Positions 18,862 to 28,160 of a DNA stretch of 45,930 nt are shown in pieces. A program made the translations under genes and the position numbers. The stretch is from assembly GCA_012523755.1 (NCBI GenBank), contig JAAYTO010000102.1:1-45930 (forward strand), written 5' to 3'. This stretch comes from Clostridium sp. (GTDB lineage: Bacteria; Bacillota; Clostridia; Acetivibrionales; Acetivibrionaceae). The notes beneath the pieces were generated by a model. The model had not been told where the DNA came from. It did not search any database and saw only the letters and a list, made by a program, of their open reading frames with translations. Position 1 is the stretch's first letter. Each line of letters opens with the position of its first letter.

Positions 18862-20040
18862 ATGAAGGATTATTTTGTAGATCTTCACGTTCATATAGGG
18901 AGATCCTCTAAAGGAAAGGAGATAAAGAGGGCTACAGCAAGAAACCTTACCTTTGAAAATATTGCCTTTGAGTCGTACACAAGGAAAGGTATAGATGTCA
19001 TTGGGGTTGTTGACTGTATTTCTCCTTTTGTTATTGAGGATATAGAGAGCCTCATTGAAAAAGGTGAGTTGACGGAGAAGAAGGGCGGGGGAATGGAATA
19101 CCGTAAAGGACAGGTGTTAATACTGGGAGCAGAGCTTCAGACCCATGAAAAAAGGGGCTGTAGTGCTCACTCCCTGTGTTTTTTTCCTTCATTAAGCTCG
19201 ATTAAGGGCTTTGCAAAAGACATAGCAAACCACATAAAAAACATCTACAATTGTTCCTCTATGTGCAGGTTAACAGGTCAGCAGTTGTTTGATATGGTGG
19301 ACTATTACGGAGGTACATATATACCGGCTCATGTATTCACTCCCCATAAGAGCTTCTATGGAAATTGTTGTGACAGTTTGTTTGAAATATTTAACGAAAA
19401 GTCCTTGGAGAAAATTCCAGCAATTGAACTGGGCTTAAGTTCCGATTCCATGATGGCAAGTCAGCTGAGTGAGCTTGACGGCAAGGCGTTTTTGAGTAAT
19501 TCCGATGCTCATTCGTTAATAAAGATGGGAAGAGAGTACAACATATTTCAGATGGAAGAACCGAGTTATGAGGAAATACTCAAAGCATTTAAGGAAATTG
19601 ATGGCAGAAGGATTAAGGCTAATTACGGTCTGGATCCGAAGCTTGGAAAATACCACAGAAGCTATTGCTTGGTATGCGACGGTGTAATTGAGGGAGAAGC
19701 ACCGATTTTAAAATGCCCGGTCTCGGATAAGCATCGTGTGGTGGTGGGTGTAAAGGACAGACTTATGTTAATAAAGGACAGAGACAATCCCCAAATGAGT
19801 AGACGGCCACCTTACCGCTATCAGGTTCCTTTAGAGTTTTTACCTAAAGTGGGGCCGAAGACCATAGACAAATTGATTAACCATTTCGGAAGCGAAATGA
19901 AGGTACTGCATCAGGCTGCCTTTGAGGAATTGGTCAATGTAGGAAAAGAGGATGTGGCAAGAAACATAGTTCTTTCAAGGGAAGGAAAGCTTTCTATTGA
20001 AGCGGGGGGCGGAGGGGTATACGGAAGAGTTGAAGCATAA
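18862..20040 (+). CDS. Endonuclease Q (YqxK/TIGR00375-type PHP-domain protein)
   Basis: DLHVH, PAHVFTP, ELGLSSD, SNSDAHS, GKYH..C..C zinc module, terminal GGGGVYG. ATG at 18862 after a gaggggg RBS. Confidence 0.85.
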   Translation: MKDYFVDLHVHIGRSSKGKEIKRATARNLTFENIAFESYTRKGIDVIGVVDCISPFVIEDIESLIEKGELTEKKGGGMEYRKGQVLILGAELQTHEKRGCSAHSLCFFPSLSSIKGFAKDIANHIKNIYNCSSMCRLTGQQLFDMVDYYGGTYIPAHVFTPHKSFYGNCCDSLFEIFNEKSLEKIPAIELGLSSDSMMASQLSELDGKAFLSNSDAHSLIKMGREYNIFQMEEPSYEEILKAFKEIDGRRIKANYGLDPKLGKYHRSYCLVCDGVIEGEAPILKCPVSDKHRVVVGVKDRLMLIKDRDNPQMSRRPPYRYQVPLEFLPKVGPKTIDKLINHFGSEMKVLHQAAFEELVNVGKEDVARNIVLSREGKLSIEAGGGGVYGRVEA

Positions 20041-20047
20041 CTGGACA

Positions 20048-20090
20048 CAAAAAGCAGGAAAACAAGTAAAATATGTTTTCCCGCTTTTTG
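20048..20090. terminator. Bidirectional terminator
   Basis: caaaaagcaggaaaaca ... tgttttcccgctttttg between convergent genes. Confidence 0.75.
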
Positions 20091-20142
20091 ATTAGAAGGC
20101 GTTGAATGAAATAAATGCCTTAAACAAGGTTTTTTATATATT

Positions 20143-22710
20143 TTATTGAACTACCCAACGTATTAGTCCAAGGTTAAACGGATTAATCATATCGGGGTGG
20201 TAAGGAATGACCCTAAAGGTATAACCATATTCTCCACCTTCAAACAATGTTATGTTTGCGGTGTAAGTGTAGGTTCCGTCAGGATTTTTTTCCTTTAGAT
20301 CCATATCAATAATTTGTCCATTTTCAATAGCGTTATTATTTCCAATACTGCCGTAATAAACCTGTACCTTAACGCTTGAAGGTTCGAGACCACCCAAGCT
20401 TACGTATGCATTAATTGGAATTGTCTCTCCGGATATAAAGCTTCTTTCCCTCAAATGGTTTGCAGTTTTATCGGCAATTATTTGTACTTGTGGCCATAAC
20501 TGCTCAACACGCTGTTTCCAATCGGAAAGATTAATAGCAAATTGATAGTTGCTGGACATTATCTTATCATGCCTGTTTATTGAGGTAATGTAATACTTGT
20601 TTGTATAGTCCTGAACCATCCTGTGGGTACTGTATCTGTGTGTATTGGATTTTATTGATTCTTTCATTACAGCAACCCATTTTTCGGGAATACCTTTCTC
20701 ATTCCTTTCAAAGAAAGCAGGGATAATATGTTTCTCCAGTGTGTTATAAATGGATTCACTGTCGGCATTATCCTGGTGATACTCATTGTCATAGAAGGTA
20801 TCATCTCCTATAACCCAACCGTTTTTGCCATCGTAGCCTTCGCACCACCATCCGTCCAGGACACTGAAATTGATAATACCGTTGATGCATACTTTCTGTC
20901 CGCTGGTTCCACTGGCTTCAAGAGGTCTTCTTGGGTTGTTGAGCCAGATATCCACTCCCTGAACCATGTTGCGGGCAAGAGTCATATTGTAGTTCTCCAC
21001 AAGAATAACCTTTCCGTTAAAACCTTCCTGCTTTGCTATATCGTTAATGTGCTTGATAATTTCATGAGCAGGACCATCAGCAGGGTGAGCCTTTCCAGCA
21101 AATATTATCTGCATAGGTTTTTCAGGATCATTCAAAAGCTTTTGAATGCGGGCAAGATCTCTGAAAATTAGGTTAGCTCTTTTATATGTGGCAAATCTTC
21201 GTGCAAATCCGATGGTCAACGCATTTGAATCAAACAGAGTATCTACTTCTCTGATTCTTTCTATAGAATCGCCGTTTGCCATCCTTTGCTGCTTTAGCTT
21301 TTCCCGTATAAAAGCTATCATCTTTGTTTTAAGGACACAGTGGGTTTTCCATAACTCCTCATCGGGGATATCGTCAACCTTATCCCATGTCTCTTTTTCA
21401 TAAAGGCGGTCTTCCCAGCCCGCATCAAGATATTTGTCATACAGGAGCTTGATGCTCGGAGACAACCAAGTGAGAGTATGAATACCGTTGGTAATATGTC
21501 CTATCGGTACTTCGTCCTCGGGAATACTTGGCCAAACGCTTTTGAAAATATTCCTTGATACAGCACCGTGCAGCTCGCTGACGCCATTTCTCTGCCCGGA
21601 TAGTGTCAGGGCTAGAACTGTCATATTAAAGTTATGGTGTTCTCCTATTTTAAGCCCGAGATCTAAAAACTCATGCTTGCTTATGCCCAGAGAAGGCCAA
21701 TAGTTGCCAAAATATCTGTCGATCATCTCTAGGGGGAACACGTCATTTCCAGCTGGTACAGGGGTATGTGTCGTAAATATGACAGAGGAAGAAACAATTT
21801 CCTTTGCCTGCTTAAAAAGTAAGCCCTTATTTTGTACCAACTTTCTTATAAGTTCAAGACCTAGAAAAGCAGAGTGTCCTTCATTCATGTGATATACCGT
21901 GGCGTTAATGCCCAAAGCATCCAACACCTTGGAACCACCTATTCCAAGGAAAATTTCCTGCTGAATTCTTGTTTCCTGGTCTCCACCATAGAGTCTTGCA
22001 GTCAATGCTCTGTCGTGGGGACTGTTTTGCTCAACATCGGTATCCATCAGGTATAATTTAACCCTTCCTATTTGAACCTGCCATACCTTTGCGTATACAA
22101 CTCTTCCAGGTAATTCAACACTTATAATTATATCTTCTCCCTTTTGATTAAGGGCGGGTTTTATGGGAAGGTTTGAGGTATTAAGCGGAGTAAATATTGT
22201 TTCTTGCCATCCTTCTGCATTTATCCGCTGACTGAAATATCCTTCCTTATAAAACAAACCGATAGCAGTAAAGGGTATTCCCAGATCACTTGCTGATTTA
22301 CAATGTTCTCCCGAGAGCACTCCCAAACCGCCTGAATAAATAGGAAGCACTTCATTTAATCCATACTCTGCCGAAAAGTATGCAATCATGTGGTCTTTTT
22401 TATCTGGAAAGTTCCTGCTAAACCATGTATCAGTTTCTTCCATATATTTTTCATATTTTTTAACTACATCATTATACCTTTTCATATAGTCAAAGTCATT
22501 GACCTTGGCTTCAAGTTTTTTCTGGCTGACTTCTTTAAGAAACCGTATAGGATTCTTTCCGAGTTTTTCCCATAATGCCAAGTCGATTTCTCTGTAAAGG
22601 TCAATTGCTTCAGAATTCCATGACCACCACAGATTGTATGCAATGTCTTTTAGTTTAGCTAATTCATTAGGTATTACAGCTGTTACAGTGATTTTTCCAA
22701 AAAGATACAT
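20143..22710 (-). CDS. glgP: Alpha-glucan (glycogen/maltodextrin) phosphorylase
   Basis: YSGGLG, HMNEGH, TTHTP, ARRFATYKR, PLP motif EASGTSGQK. ATG at 22710 with a ggagg RBS. Confidence 0.93.
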   Translation of the reverse strand: MYLFGKITVTAVIPNELAKLKDIAYNLWWSWNSEAIDLYREIDLALWEKLGKNPIRFLKEVSQKKLEAKVNDFDYMKRYNDVVKKYEKYMEETDTWFSRNFPDKKDHMIAYFSAEYGLNEVLPIYSGGLGVLSGEHCKSASDLGIPFTAIGLFYKEGYFSQRINAEGWQETIFTPLNTSNLPIKPALNQKGEDIIISVELPGRVVYAKVWQVQIGRVKLYLMDTDVEQNSPHDRALTARLYGGDQETRIQQEIFLGIGGSKVLDALGINATVYHMNEGHSAFLGLELIRKLVQNKGLLFKQAKEIVSSSVIFTTHTPVPAGNDVFPLEMIDRYFGNYWPSLGISKHEFLDLGLKIGEHHNFNMTVLALTLSGQRNGVSELHGAVSRNIFKSVWPSIPEDEVPIGHITNGIHTLTWLSPSIKLLYDKYLDAGWEDRLYEKETWDKVDDIPDEELWKTHCVLKTKMIAFIREKLKQQRMANGDSIERIREVDTLFDSNALTIGFARRFATYKRANLIFRDLARIQKLLNDPEKPMQIIFAGKAHPADGPAHEIIKHINDIAKQEGFNGKVILVENYNMTLARNMVQGVDIWLNNPRRPLEASGTSGQKVCINGIINFSVLDGWWCEGYDGKNGWVIGDDTFYDNEYHQDNADSESIYNTLEKHIIPAFFERNEKGIPEKWVAVMKESIKSNTHRYSTHRMVQDYTNKYYITSINRHDKIMSSNYQFAINLSDWKQRVEQLWPQVQIIADKTANHLRERSFISGETIPINAYVSLGGLEPSSVKVQVYYGSIGNNNAIENGQIIDMDLKEKNPDGTYTYTANITLFEGGEYGYTFRVIPYHPDMINPFNLGLIRWVVQ

Positions 22711-23049
22711 AGGCACCCTCCATTTTATTATATGTTATATTATTATCCTTTTTTAAATAATAAATAACATAAATATTTTATTTATAGAATTAATTATGAA
22801 TGAGCTACATACGTTCCGAACTACATATTTTACTTTTGAACTATACTATTAAATCTAATGTGATACCTACAAGACATCCAACATAAAAGCACTGAAACAC
22901 CATGCTTCCTCAGTTTTCTTCCGTAATTTAATTCCAAAAATGACTAAAATTAATGGATAAGATTTCCTAGATTCTTAACAAATATAATATCACAATTAGT
23001 TTAATTTGTGTAGGGTTTTTTAAAATTTTTTTTACTTTTTTAAATTTGT

Positions 23050-23625
23050 TTACTGTACATATAGTCCAAAGCCATGTTTTTCGTCCTTTATCCTAAAAAT
23101 TTTTCCCTTACAAAGTTTTTTCTTATGAAATATATAAGCTAGTAGTAAAATATCACCAGTAGAACCAGAAACATTACAAATAATTCCGATTATCATACAA
23201 AAGGCTAGGTCAGAAAACAGGATTCCTGTCGCAATAAGCAAACCGGTTAGTGCAAAAAAAGGCAGTAGCATTATTATTGCCATCTGAGATATTGTGTATA
23301 AGTTTCCTGAAACGTCCATTGTGTATATATTTAATTGGCTTATTCCAAACTTAAGCTTTGCACCAAATATTAAATAAATCATACCATGAATGGCTTCATG
23401 CATTATTACGACTACTAAAAGAGTTATTACTAATGGCAATATCTGATCACTGTAATAAAATTTTTCTATATAGGCAAGCGTTGCAGATTTTCCTTCAAGC
23501 ACCAAGAGTAAAACCAATACAAGGGTCATACTAGTTAATGCTGCAAGGTTAATCAGCAGTGAATTATATTTGGTTAAGCGAAATTCTGCGATTTTTGTCA
23601 AATTTATCACCTCATTACAAAACAT
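23050..23625 (-). CDS. Membrane zinc-peptidase-like protein (DUF3267-like)
   Basis: Hydrophobic segments with HExxH (MHEAIHG) and N..GS.GD. Start codon uncertain. Confidence 0.7.
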   Translation of the reverse strand: MFCNEVINLTKIAEFRLTKYNSLLINLAALTSMTLVLVLLLVLEGKSATLAYIEKFYYSDQILPLVITLLVVVIMHEAIHGMIYLIFGAKLKFGISQLNIYTMDVSGNLYTISQMAIIMLLPFFALTGLLIATGILFSDLAFCMIIGIICNVSGSTGDILLLAYIFHKKKLCKGKIFRIKDEKHGFGLYVQ

Positions 23626-23733
23626 GTAGTCTATTTTTTACTATAATAAGAATAGATATACACATTATCACGAATTTCATGAAAAGCTATTTATTTCTAT
23701 TATTAAAAATTTGTATTTGTAGAAAATAAATCT

Positions 23734-24135
23734 ATGGTTAAACGTTTTTTAATTTATGGATTAGCTGGCTGGGCCATGGAAATTATATGGACCAGTATGC
23801 ATTCCCTTATAACGGGAGACATAAAATTGCAAGGCTATACAAGTATATGGATGTTTTTTATTTATGGAGCTGCTGTTTTTCTAGAACCCATACATGATAT
23901 TATCAAGCAATGGAGGTGGCATATCAGGGGAATTATCTGGGTGGTAATTATCTGGGGTATAGAATATACAAGCGGTCTAATTATGGTTAATTTAATTGGA
24001 ACAGCCCCTTGGTACTATTTTGGACCTTTTGCAGTAGATAATCTTGTACGTATCGATTATGCACCTGCTTGGTTTGTTGCGGGTCTGATTTTTGAATACA
24101 TTCATAAAACACTAGATGTTTATAATATTGCATAA
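23734..24135 (+). CDS. Small membrane protein (putative ABC permease, CmpB-like)
   Basis: FLIYGLAGWAMEI, WMFFIYG, IEYTSG, PWYY and IDYAPAWF pattern; about 4 TM segments. Confidence 0.7.
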   Translation: MVKRFLIYGLAGWAMEIIWTSMHSLITGDIKLQGYTSIWMFFIYGAAVFLEPIHDIIKQWRWHIRGIIWVVIIWGIEYTSGLIMVNLIGTAPWYYFGPFAVDNLVRIDYAPAWFVAGLIFEYIHKTLDVYNIA

Positions 24136-24155
24136 CAGCAAGAGAGGTACTTTAA

Positions 24156-24251
24156 AGGGAGCATATTATTTAAGTGAAGAAAAATGTGGAAGAAACATTG
24201 TGCAACTTAAGTTTCTGAAATATTTTTCTTCACATTCATTTAATGTAACCC
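24156..24251 (+). repeat. Repeat family A, internally deleted copy
   Basis: gtgaagaaaaatgtggaagaaacattgtgc-aacttaagtttctgaaatatttttcttcac; aligns to both ends of 40666-40837 and, as reverse complement, to 36146-36248. Confidence 0.85.
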
Positions 24252-24442
24252 CACTTAGATATTATGTTGAGATATAAGCAGGATATGGGTATAATATTCT
24301 ATAATTAATAAATAATGAATTTTTAATTGTTTTGATTATTTGAGTTGTGGGTAAAAATGTTGTAGAGTAATAGGGATAGAAAGCTATTATCTTATATAAG
24401 GTAGAGGTTTTGGAATTTAGGTTAAAACAAGGAGGGAACGTT

Positions 24443-24772
24443 ATGGCAGGGAAAAAGGTTATTGCTTTGACAAAGGATAATTTCGAACAGGAAGTTTTAA
24501 ATTACGATGGAGTCATAATGGTTGATTTTTGGGCTCCGTGGTGTGGTCCATGCATGGCTGTAGGACCTATCATTGACGAGCTTGCCAATGAGTACGATGG
24601 TAAGGCGAAGGTTGCAAAAATTAATATCGATGATGAAGGAGAATTTGCAGCACAGTACAGAGTTATGAGTATACCCACTATAATGTTGTTTAAAAAGGGC
24701 GAAGTAGTTGAAAGGGTTGTAGGTGCCAGAACTAAAAAAGAATTTGCAGCATTGATAGATAAACATATATAA
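24443..24772 (+). CDS. trxA: Thioredoxin
   Basis: VDFWAPWCGPC and the SIPT cis-Pro motif. ATG at 24443 after an aggagg RBS. Confidence 0.95.
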   Translation: MAGKKVIALTKDNFEQEVLNYDGVIMVDFWAPWCGPCMAVGPIIDELANEYDGKAKVAKINIDDEGEFAAQYRVMSIPTIMLFKKGEVVERVVGARTKKEFAALIDKHI

Positions 24773-24779
24773 AAGTGAA

Positions 24780-24880
24780 GCTGACAATACCCAATAGTGC
24801 CAAATGCATATGCCTTAGGGATAATGTAGCCTAAATATAGGATTTGCTGACGATATCCAATAGGGACAAATGCATTTTGC
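24780..24880 (+). repeat. Pair of imperfect 30-bp direct repeats with a 66-bp period
   Basis: gctgacaatacccaatagtgccaaatgcat (24780) and gctgacgatatccaatagggacaaatgcat (24846), 26/30 identical. Confidence 0.8.
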
Positions 24881-24933
24881 TCGTGTGCCGAATTTTATTT
24901 CAATGCTATTATTAATATTTTTTCAAGAAAAAA

Positions 24934-24960
24934 GCAGGATTTTGAAAGATAAGATTGAAT
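24934..24960 (+). promoter_or_regulatory. sigmaH-like promoter
   Basis: GCAGGATTT-N11-ATTGAAT fits the RNAGGAWWW-N11/12-RNNGAAT consensus. Confidence 0.5.
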
Positions 24961-25025
24961 ATATAATACAATAATGCTTTCTTTAAGCATTCGTATTTCT
25001 ATTATTCAATAGGAGGAACTGTAAA

Positions 25026-25574
25026 ATGGCAGGCGAAAAAAGGTTTGGTACTGCACTATTTGGCTTCAAACAATCGGATGTGAATTCATATATTGAGAAG
25101 ATTCTAAGGGAGTTTGACGACAAGCTCAAGGAAAAGGATAATGAAATAACTGCTTTAAAGAATCAATGCAGAGAATTAAGGATTAAATATGAGGATATTG
25201 CCAGAAAATCAGAGCAAATCAGTGAAGATAGGATAAAGATTGCAGATGTCCTTATAAAGGCACAGGAAAAAGCTGAATTGATTCTAGAGGAAGCAAGGGG
25301 ACAGGCGGAACAGGAAAGGAAAAAGCTTTCTGATATGACAGAACGGGAAAAAGAGAAGCTTGTTGATATTAAGCAGGAGATTAAAAATTTAAAGCAGGAA
25401 ATATCAAAGACCTTAAAAAAGTACGAGATGGATCTTGATAAGGTTGTTGAGCTTAGTAATCTAAACGAAGCCGATAATGAAGTAAAGTCAGACTATCAAT
25501 CCGATGATAAAGAAATAGCTGATGATATTATTGATGAAATAATCGAGGAATATGTGGGGAAAGTTGATTCATAA
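25026..25574 (+). CDS. DivIVA-like coiled-coil protein
   Basis: N-terminal F...FGF...DV..Y resembles the DivIVA domain; long coiled coil (LIKAQEKAE); acidic tail. Confidence 0.65.
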   Translation: MAGEKRFGTALFGFKQSDVNSYIEKILREFDDKLKEKDNEITALKNQCRELRIKYEDIARKSEQISEDRIKIADVLIKAQEKAELILEEARGQAEQERKKLSDMTEREKEKLVDIKQEIKNLKQEISKTLKKYEMDLDKVVELSNLNEADNEVKSDYQSDDKEIADDIIDEIIEEYVGKVDS

Positions 25575-25589
25575 GATATAATGTTGATA

Positions 25590-25642
25590 TAAGAAAATTT
25601 TTCTAGAAACGAAAAATTTTCTTTCAACTGAAGTGTTATAAT
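25590..25642 (+). repeat. Repeat family B (53-bp palindrome plus extended -10), copy 1
   Basis: taagaaaatttttctagaaacgaaaaattttctttcaactgaagtgttataat; 45/53 identical to 43441-43493 without gaps. Confidence 0.85.
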
Positions 25643-25744
25643 AGGGAATGTGCCTTAAATTTTGCATGCTAAAATAATGGACAATGAACGTATATTAAAT
25701 GTATTGGAGAACCGTATTTTCTGATATTTATTCGGAAATATGGC

Positions 25745-25773
25745 TTGCAAAAATACATATGATTTAGTATAAT
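25745..25773 (+). promoter_or_regulatory. sigmaA promoter of the Lrp/aminotransferase operon
   Basis: TTGCAA-17-TATAAT. Confidence 0.7.
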
Positions 25774-25821
25774 TTATATCAAATTTTATATACTATACTA
25801 CAATTATTTTAGAGGCACATT

Positions 25822-25858
25822 ACTCCTTCATCTCTTGATTAGGGGTGGAGGAGTTTTT
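25822..25858 (+). terminator. Leader (attenuator-like) terminator before the Lrp gene
   Basis: actccttcatctct-tgatt-aggggtggaggagt-tttt, a 14-bp stem (with GU pairs) between the promoter and the RBS. Confidence 0.7.
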
Positions 25859-25900
25859 GTATTATTCATCGTATATTTCTTGGTTATAGGAGGGGATATG

Positions 25901-26380
25901 ATGGAAGAAATTTTGGAAATATTAGAAAACAACAATAAGCTTAGCGAAGAGCAAATAGCAGTAATGCTCAACAAGAGTGTTGAGGAAGTAAGGCAGGCTA
26001 TAAAGGAGTATGAAGAAAAAAATGTTATAGTGGGTTACAACACCCTTATAAATTGGGAAAAGACTAATAAGGAATTTGTAACAGCTTTAATTGAAGTAAG
26101 GGTTACACCTCAGAGAGGGCAGGGGTTTGACAAGGTGGCAGAAAGGATATATAGATATCCGGAAGTAAAGGCATGCTATCTTATGTCTGGAGGTTTTGAT
26201 CTGACCGTTATTGTTGAGGGTAAGACAATGAAAGAGGTTGCTCTTTTTGTTGCAGAAAAGCTGTCGCCTCTCGATTCTGTTTTAAGTACTTCTACCCACT
26301 TTGTCTTAAAGAAATACAAGGATAAGGGAACTATTTTTGAGGATGACCAGGAGGATGATAGGGAGGCAGTAGTACTATGA
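25901..26380 (+). CDS. Lrp/AsnC family regulator (B. subtilis AlaR/YugG-like)
   Basis: N-terminal HTH, RAM domain YLMSGGFDL and THFVLKKYK. ATG at 25898 or 25901 after ggagg. Confidence 0.88.
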   Translation: MEEILEILENNNKLSEEQIAVMLNKSVEEVRQAIKEYEEKNVIVGYNTLINWEKTNKEFVTALIEVRVTPQRGQGFDKVAERIYRYPEVKACYLMSGGFDLTVIVEGKTMKEVALFVAEKLSPLDSVLSTSTHFVLKKYKDKGTIFEDDQEDDREAVVL

Positions 26381-27546
26381 ATATGTCAGACATGATTTTG
26401 CCATCGGTAAGAAATGTGCCTCCATCAGGCATAAGAAGGTTCTTTGATCTGGTAAATGAGATGAAGGATGCAATTTCTCTTAGTATAGGAGAACCTGATT
26501 TTGTAACTCCATGGAATGTCAGAGAAGCTGGTATCTATTCTTTGGAGAAGGGACGTACGCACTATTCTCCAAATGCAGGATTTTTTGAGCTTCGTGAGGA
26601 GATTTGCAGATATCAAGAGAGAAAGTACGGGTTAAAGTATAGTCCCGAGGATGAGGTTATTGTAACAGTAGGTGGGAGTGAAGGAATTGATATTGCTCTT
26701 AGGGCACTTGCCGGATCGGGGGATGAGGTTATAATTCCAGAACCGTGTTTTGTTGCCTATAAGCCCTGTACTATTTTTGCAGGAGCTACCCCTGTTGTGG
26801 TAAATTTAAGTGCAGAAAATGATTTTAGGTTAACACCTGAGCTTTTACAAAGGGCAATTACTGATAAAACAAAGGTATTGATTCTCCCATTTCCAAACAA
26901 TCCAACAGGTGCGGTGATGACCGAATCGGATCTTAGGGAAATTGTTAATATCCTCAAAGATAAGGATATAATTGTTATTTCTGACGAAATCTATTCAGAA
27001 TTAACTTATGAGGGGAGACATGTATCAATAGCATCTTTTCCTGAAATGAAGGATAAGACGCTTGTTATTAACGGATTTTCAAAGGCCTTTGCCATGACAG
27101 GATGGAGATTGGGTTATTGCTGTGGTCATAAGGATTTAATTTCAGCAATGTATAAGATACATCAGTACGCTATTATGTGTTCTCCGACGACTGCTCAATA
27201 TGCCGGTATAGAGGCACTTAGAAACAGTGACGAGGATGTAGAGGAAATGGTAAGGGAGTACAACCGGAGAAGAAGGGTAATGGTTGATGGCTACAGGAAG
27301 GCAGGATTGGAGTGCTTTGAGCCATTAGGGGCATTTTATGTATTTCCCTGTATTAAATCAACAGGATTGAGTTCTTCCGAGTTTTCAGAAATGCTGCTAG
27401 TGGAGGAAAAGGTTGCTGTTGTTCCGGGAACGGCATTTGGAGAATGCGGAGAGGGATATGTTAGATCCTGTTATGCAAGTTCTATGGAAAATATTACTGA
27501 AGCCATGAAAAGGATTCAAAGATTTGTTAAAAAGTATAAGAAATAA
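26377..27546 (+). CDS. Class I/II PLP aminotransferase (AlaT/YugH-like)
   Basis: GEPDF, NNPTG, SDEIY, PLP lysine GFSKAFAMTGWRLG; ATGA overlap with the Lrp gene. Confidence 0.9.
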   Translation: MNMSDMILPSVRNVPPSGIRRFFDLVNEMKDAISLSIGEPDFVTPWNVREAGIYSLEKGRTHYSPNAGFFELREEICRYQERKYGLKYSPEDEVIVTVGGSEGIDIALRALAGSGDEVIIPEPCFVAYKPCTIFAGATPVVVNLSAENDFRLTPELLQRAITDKTKVLILPFPNNPTGAVMTESDLREIVNILKDKDIIVISDEIYSELTYEGRHVSIASFPEMKDKTLVINGFSKAFAMTGWRLGYCCGHKDLISAMYKIHQYAIMCSPTTAQYAGIEALRNSDEDVEEMVREYNRRRRVMVDGYRKAGLECFEPLGAFYVFPCIKSTGLSSSEFSEMLLVEEKVAVVPGTAFGECGEGYVRSCYASSMENITEAMKRIQRFVKKYKK

Positions 27547-27556
27547 TAAAGGAGAG

Positions 27557-27597
27557 CAAAGGTGAAGAAAAATATTCTACATTTTTCTTCACCTTTG
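27557..27597. terminator. Hairpin terminator derived from repeat family A
   Basis: Perfect 17-bp inverted repeat caaaggtgaagaaaaat / atttttcttcacctttg, equal to the terminal arms of family A, between convergent genes. Confidence 0.75.
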
Positions 27598-27738
27598 TCC
27601 ATTAACAGCGAATACACAAAAATCAATGTGCTTTCTTAGGAAAAAAAAGTACTATGTATAACATAGTACTTAAGTTAAGTGTATATATAAAATTGTGCAG
27701 GATGACAAAATTAATAAAATTAGTTTTGAATTTGTGTG

Positions 27739-27894
27739 TTATGATACACACTTGTCTTGAATCTTTAGCTGGTGAAGCATATACCTTGCAATTAGTATAT
27801 CTAATTCTTGACTTACTGCCAGTATCGCAAGCTGATCACCAGACTCAATGACATTGTAAAGTTTCTGTCTGAGATATTCAATTTTATCCAACAC
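27739..27894 (-). CDS. Spo0E-family aspartyl-phosphate phosphatase (51 aa, not in the ORF track)
   Basis: GGAGG RBS, then GTG/TTG: MLDKIEYLRQKLYNVIESGDQLAILAVSQELDILIARYMLHQLKIQDKCVS*. Contains the SQELD signature and the IE.LR..L helix. Confidence 0.88.
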   Translation of the reverse strand: MLDKIEYLRQKLYNVIESGDQLAILAVSQELDILIARYMLHQLKIQDKCVS

Positions 27895-28048
27895 ATCCCC
27901 CTCCAAAAAACTTTATTGATAAACTAATAAGAATATTAGTTATAAACGAATCATATTAATAAAGTTTTGTTCAAAAACTTGCCTATTTACCATTATCTAT
28001 GATAGAATGTCTTTAATATTTCAAAGGAATCACTTTCGTTTATACTTT

Positions 28049-28077
28049 ATTTTACAGCAACATTTCGTTGCTGTCAA
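28049..28077 (-). promoter_or_regulatory. sigmaA promoter facing the Spo0E-like gene
   Basis: Minus strand TTGACA (28077-28072), 17-bp spacer, TAAAAT (28054-28049). Confidence 0.7.
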
Positions 28078-28112
28078 TAAAAAAATCAAAAGAATGTCAA
28101 CATTTTGTTGCT
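28054..28112. promoter_or_regulatory. Two palindromic operators (CAAC-ATTTY-GTTG)
   Basis: acagcaac-atttc-gttgctgt (28054-28074, perfect 8-bp arms) and caaca-ttt-tgttg (28098-28110). Confidence 0.65.
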
Positions 28113-28160
28113 TTTAATTTTAAATTGTGAGAAAATAGTGTCAAATAGTCTCGGGGTGGT

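Noticed and set aside
22802-22847. Three short ga(g/a)cta(c/t)a direct repeats upstream of glgP
   Set aside because: Short, irregularly spaced and in AT-rich DNA; not distinguishable from chance.
22898-22935. Possible eighth family A copy
   Set aside because: Similarity too weak to align with confidence.
24780-24880. Bona fide CRISPR array
   Set aside because: Only two imperfect repeats, no cas genes, no canonical repeat end; kept only as a low-level finding.
27654-27851. ORF-track 65-aa plus-strand ORF
   Set aside because: Antisense to the Spo0E-like gene, which has the RBS and the signature motif.
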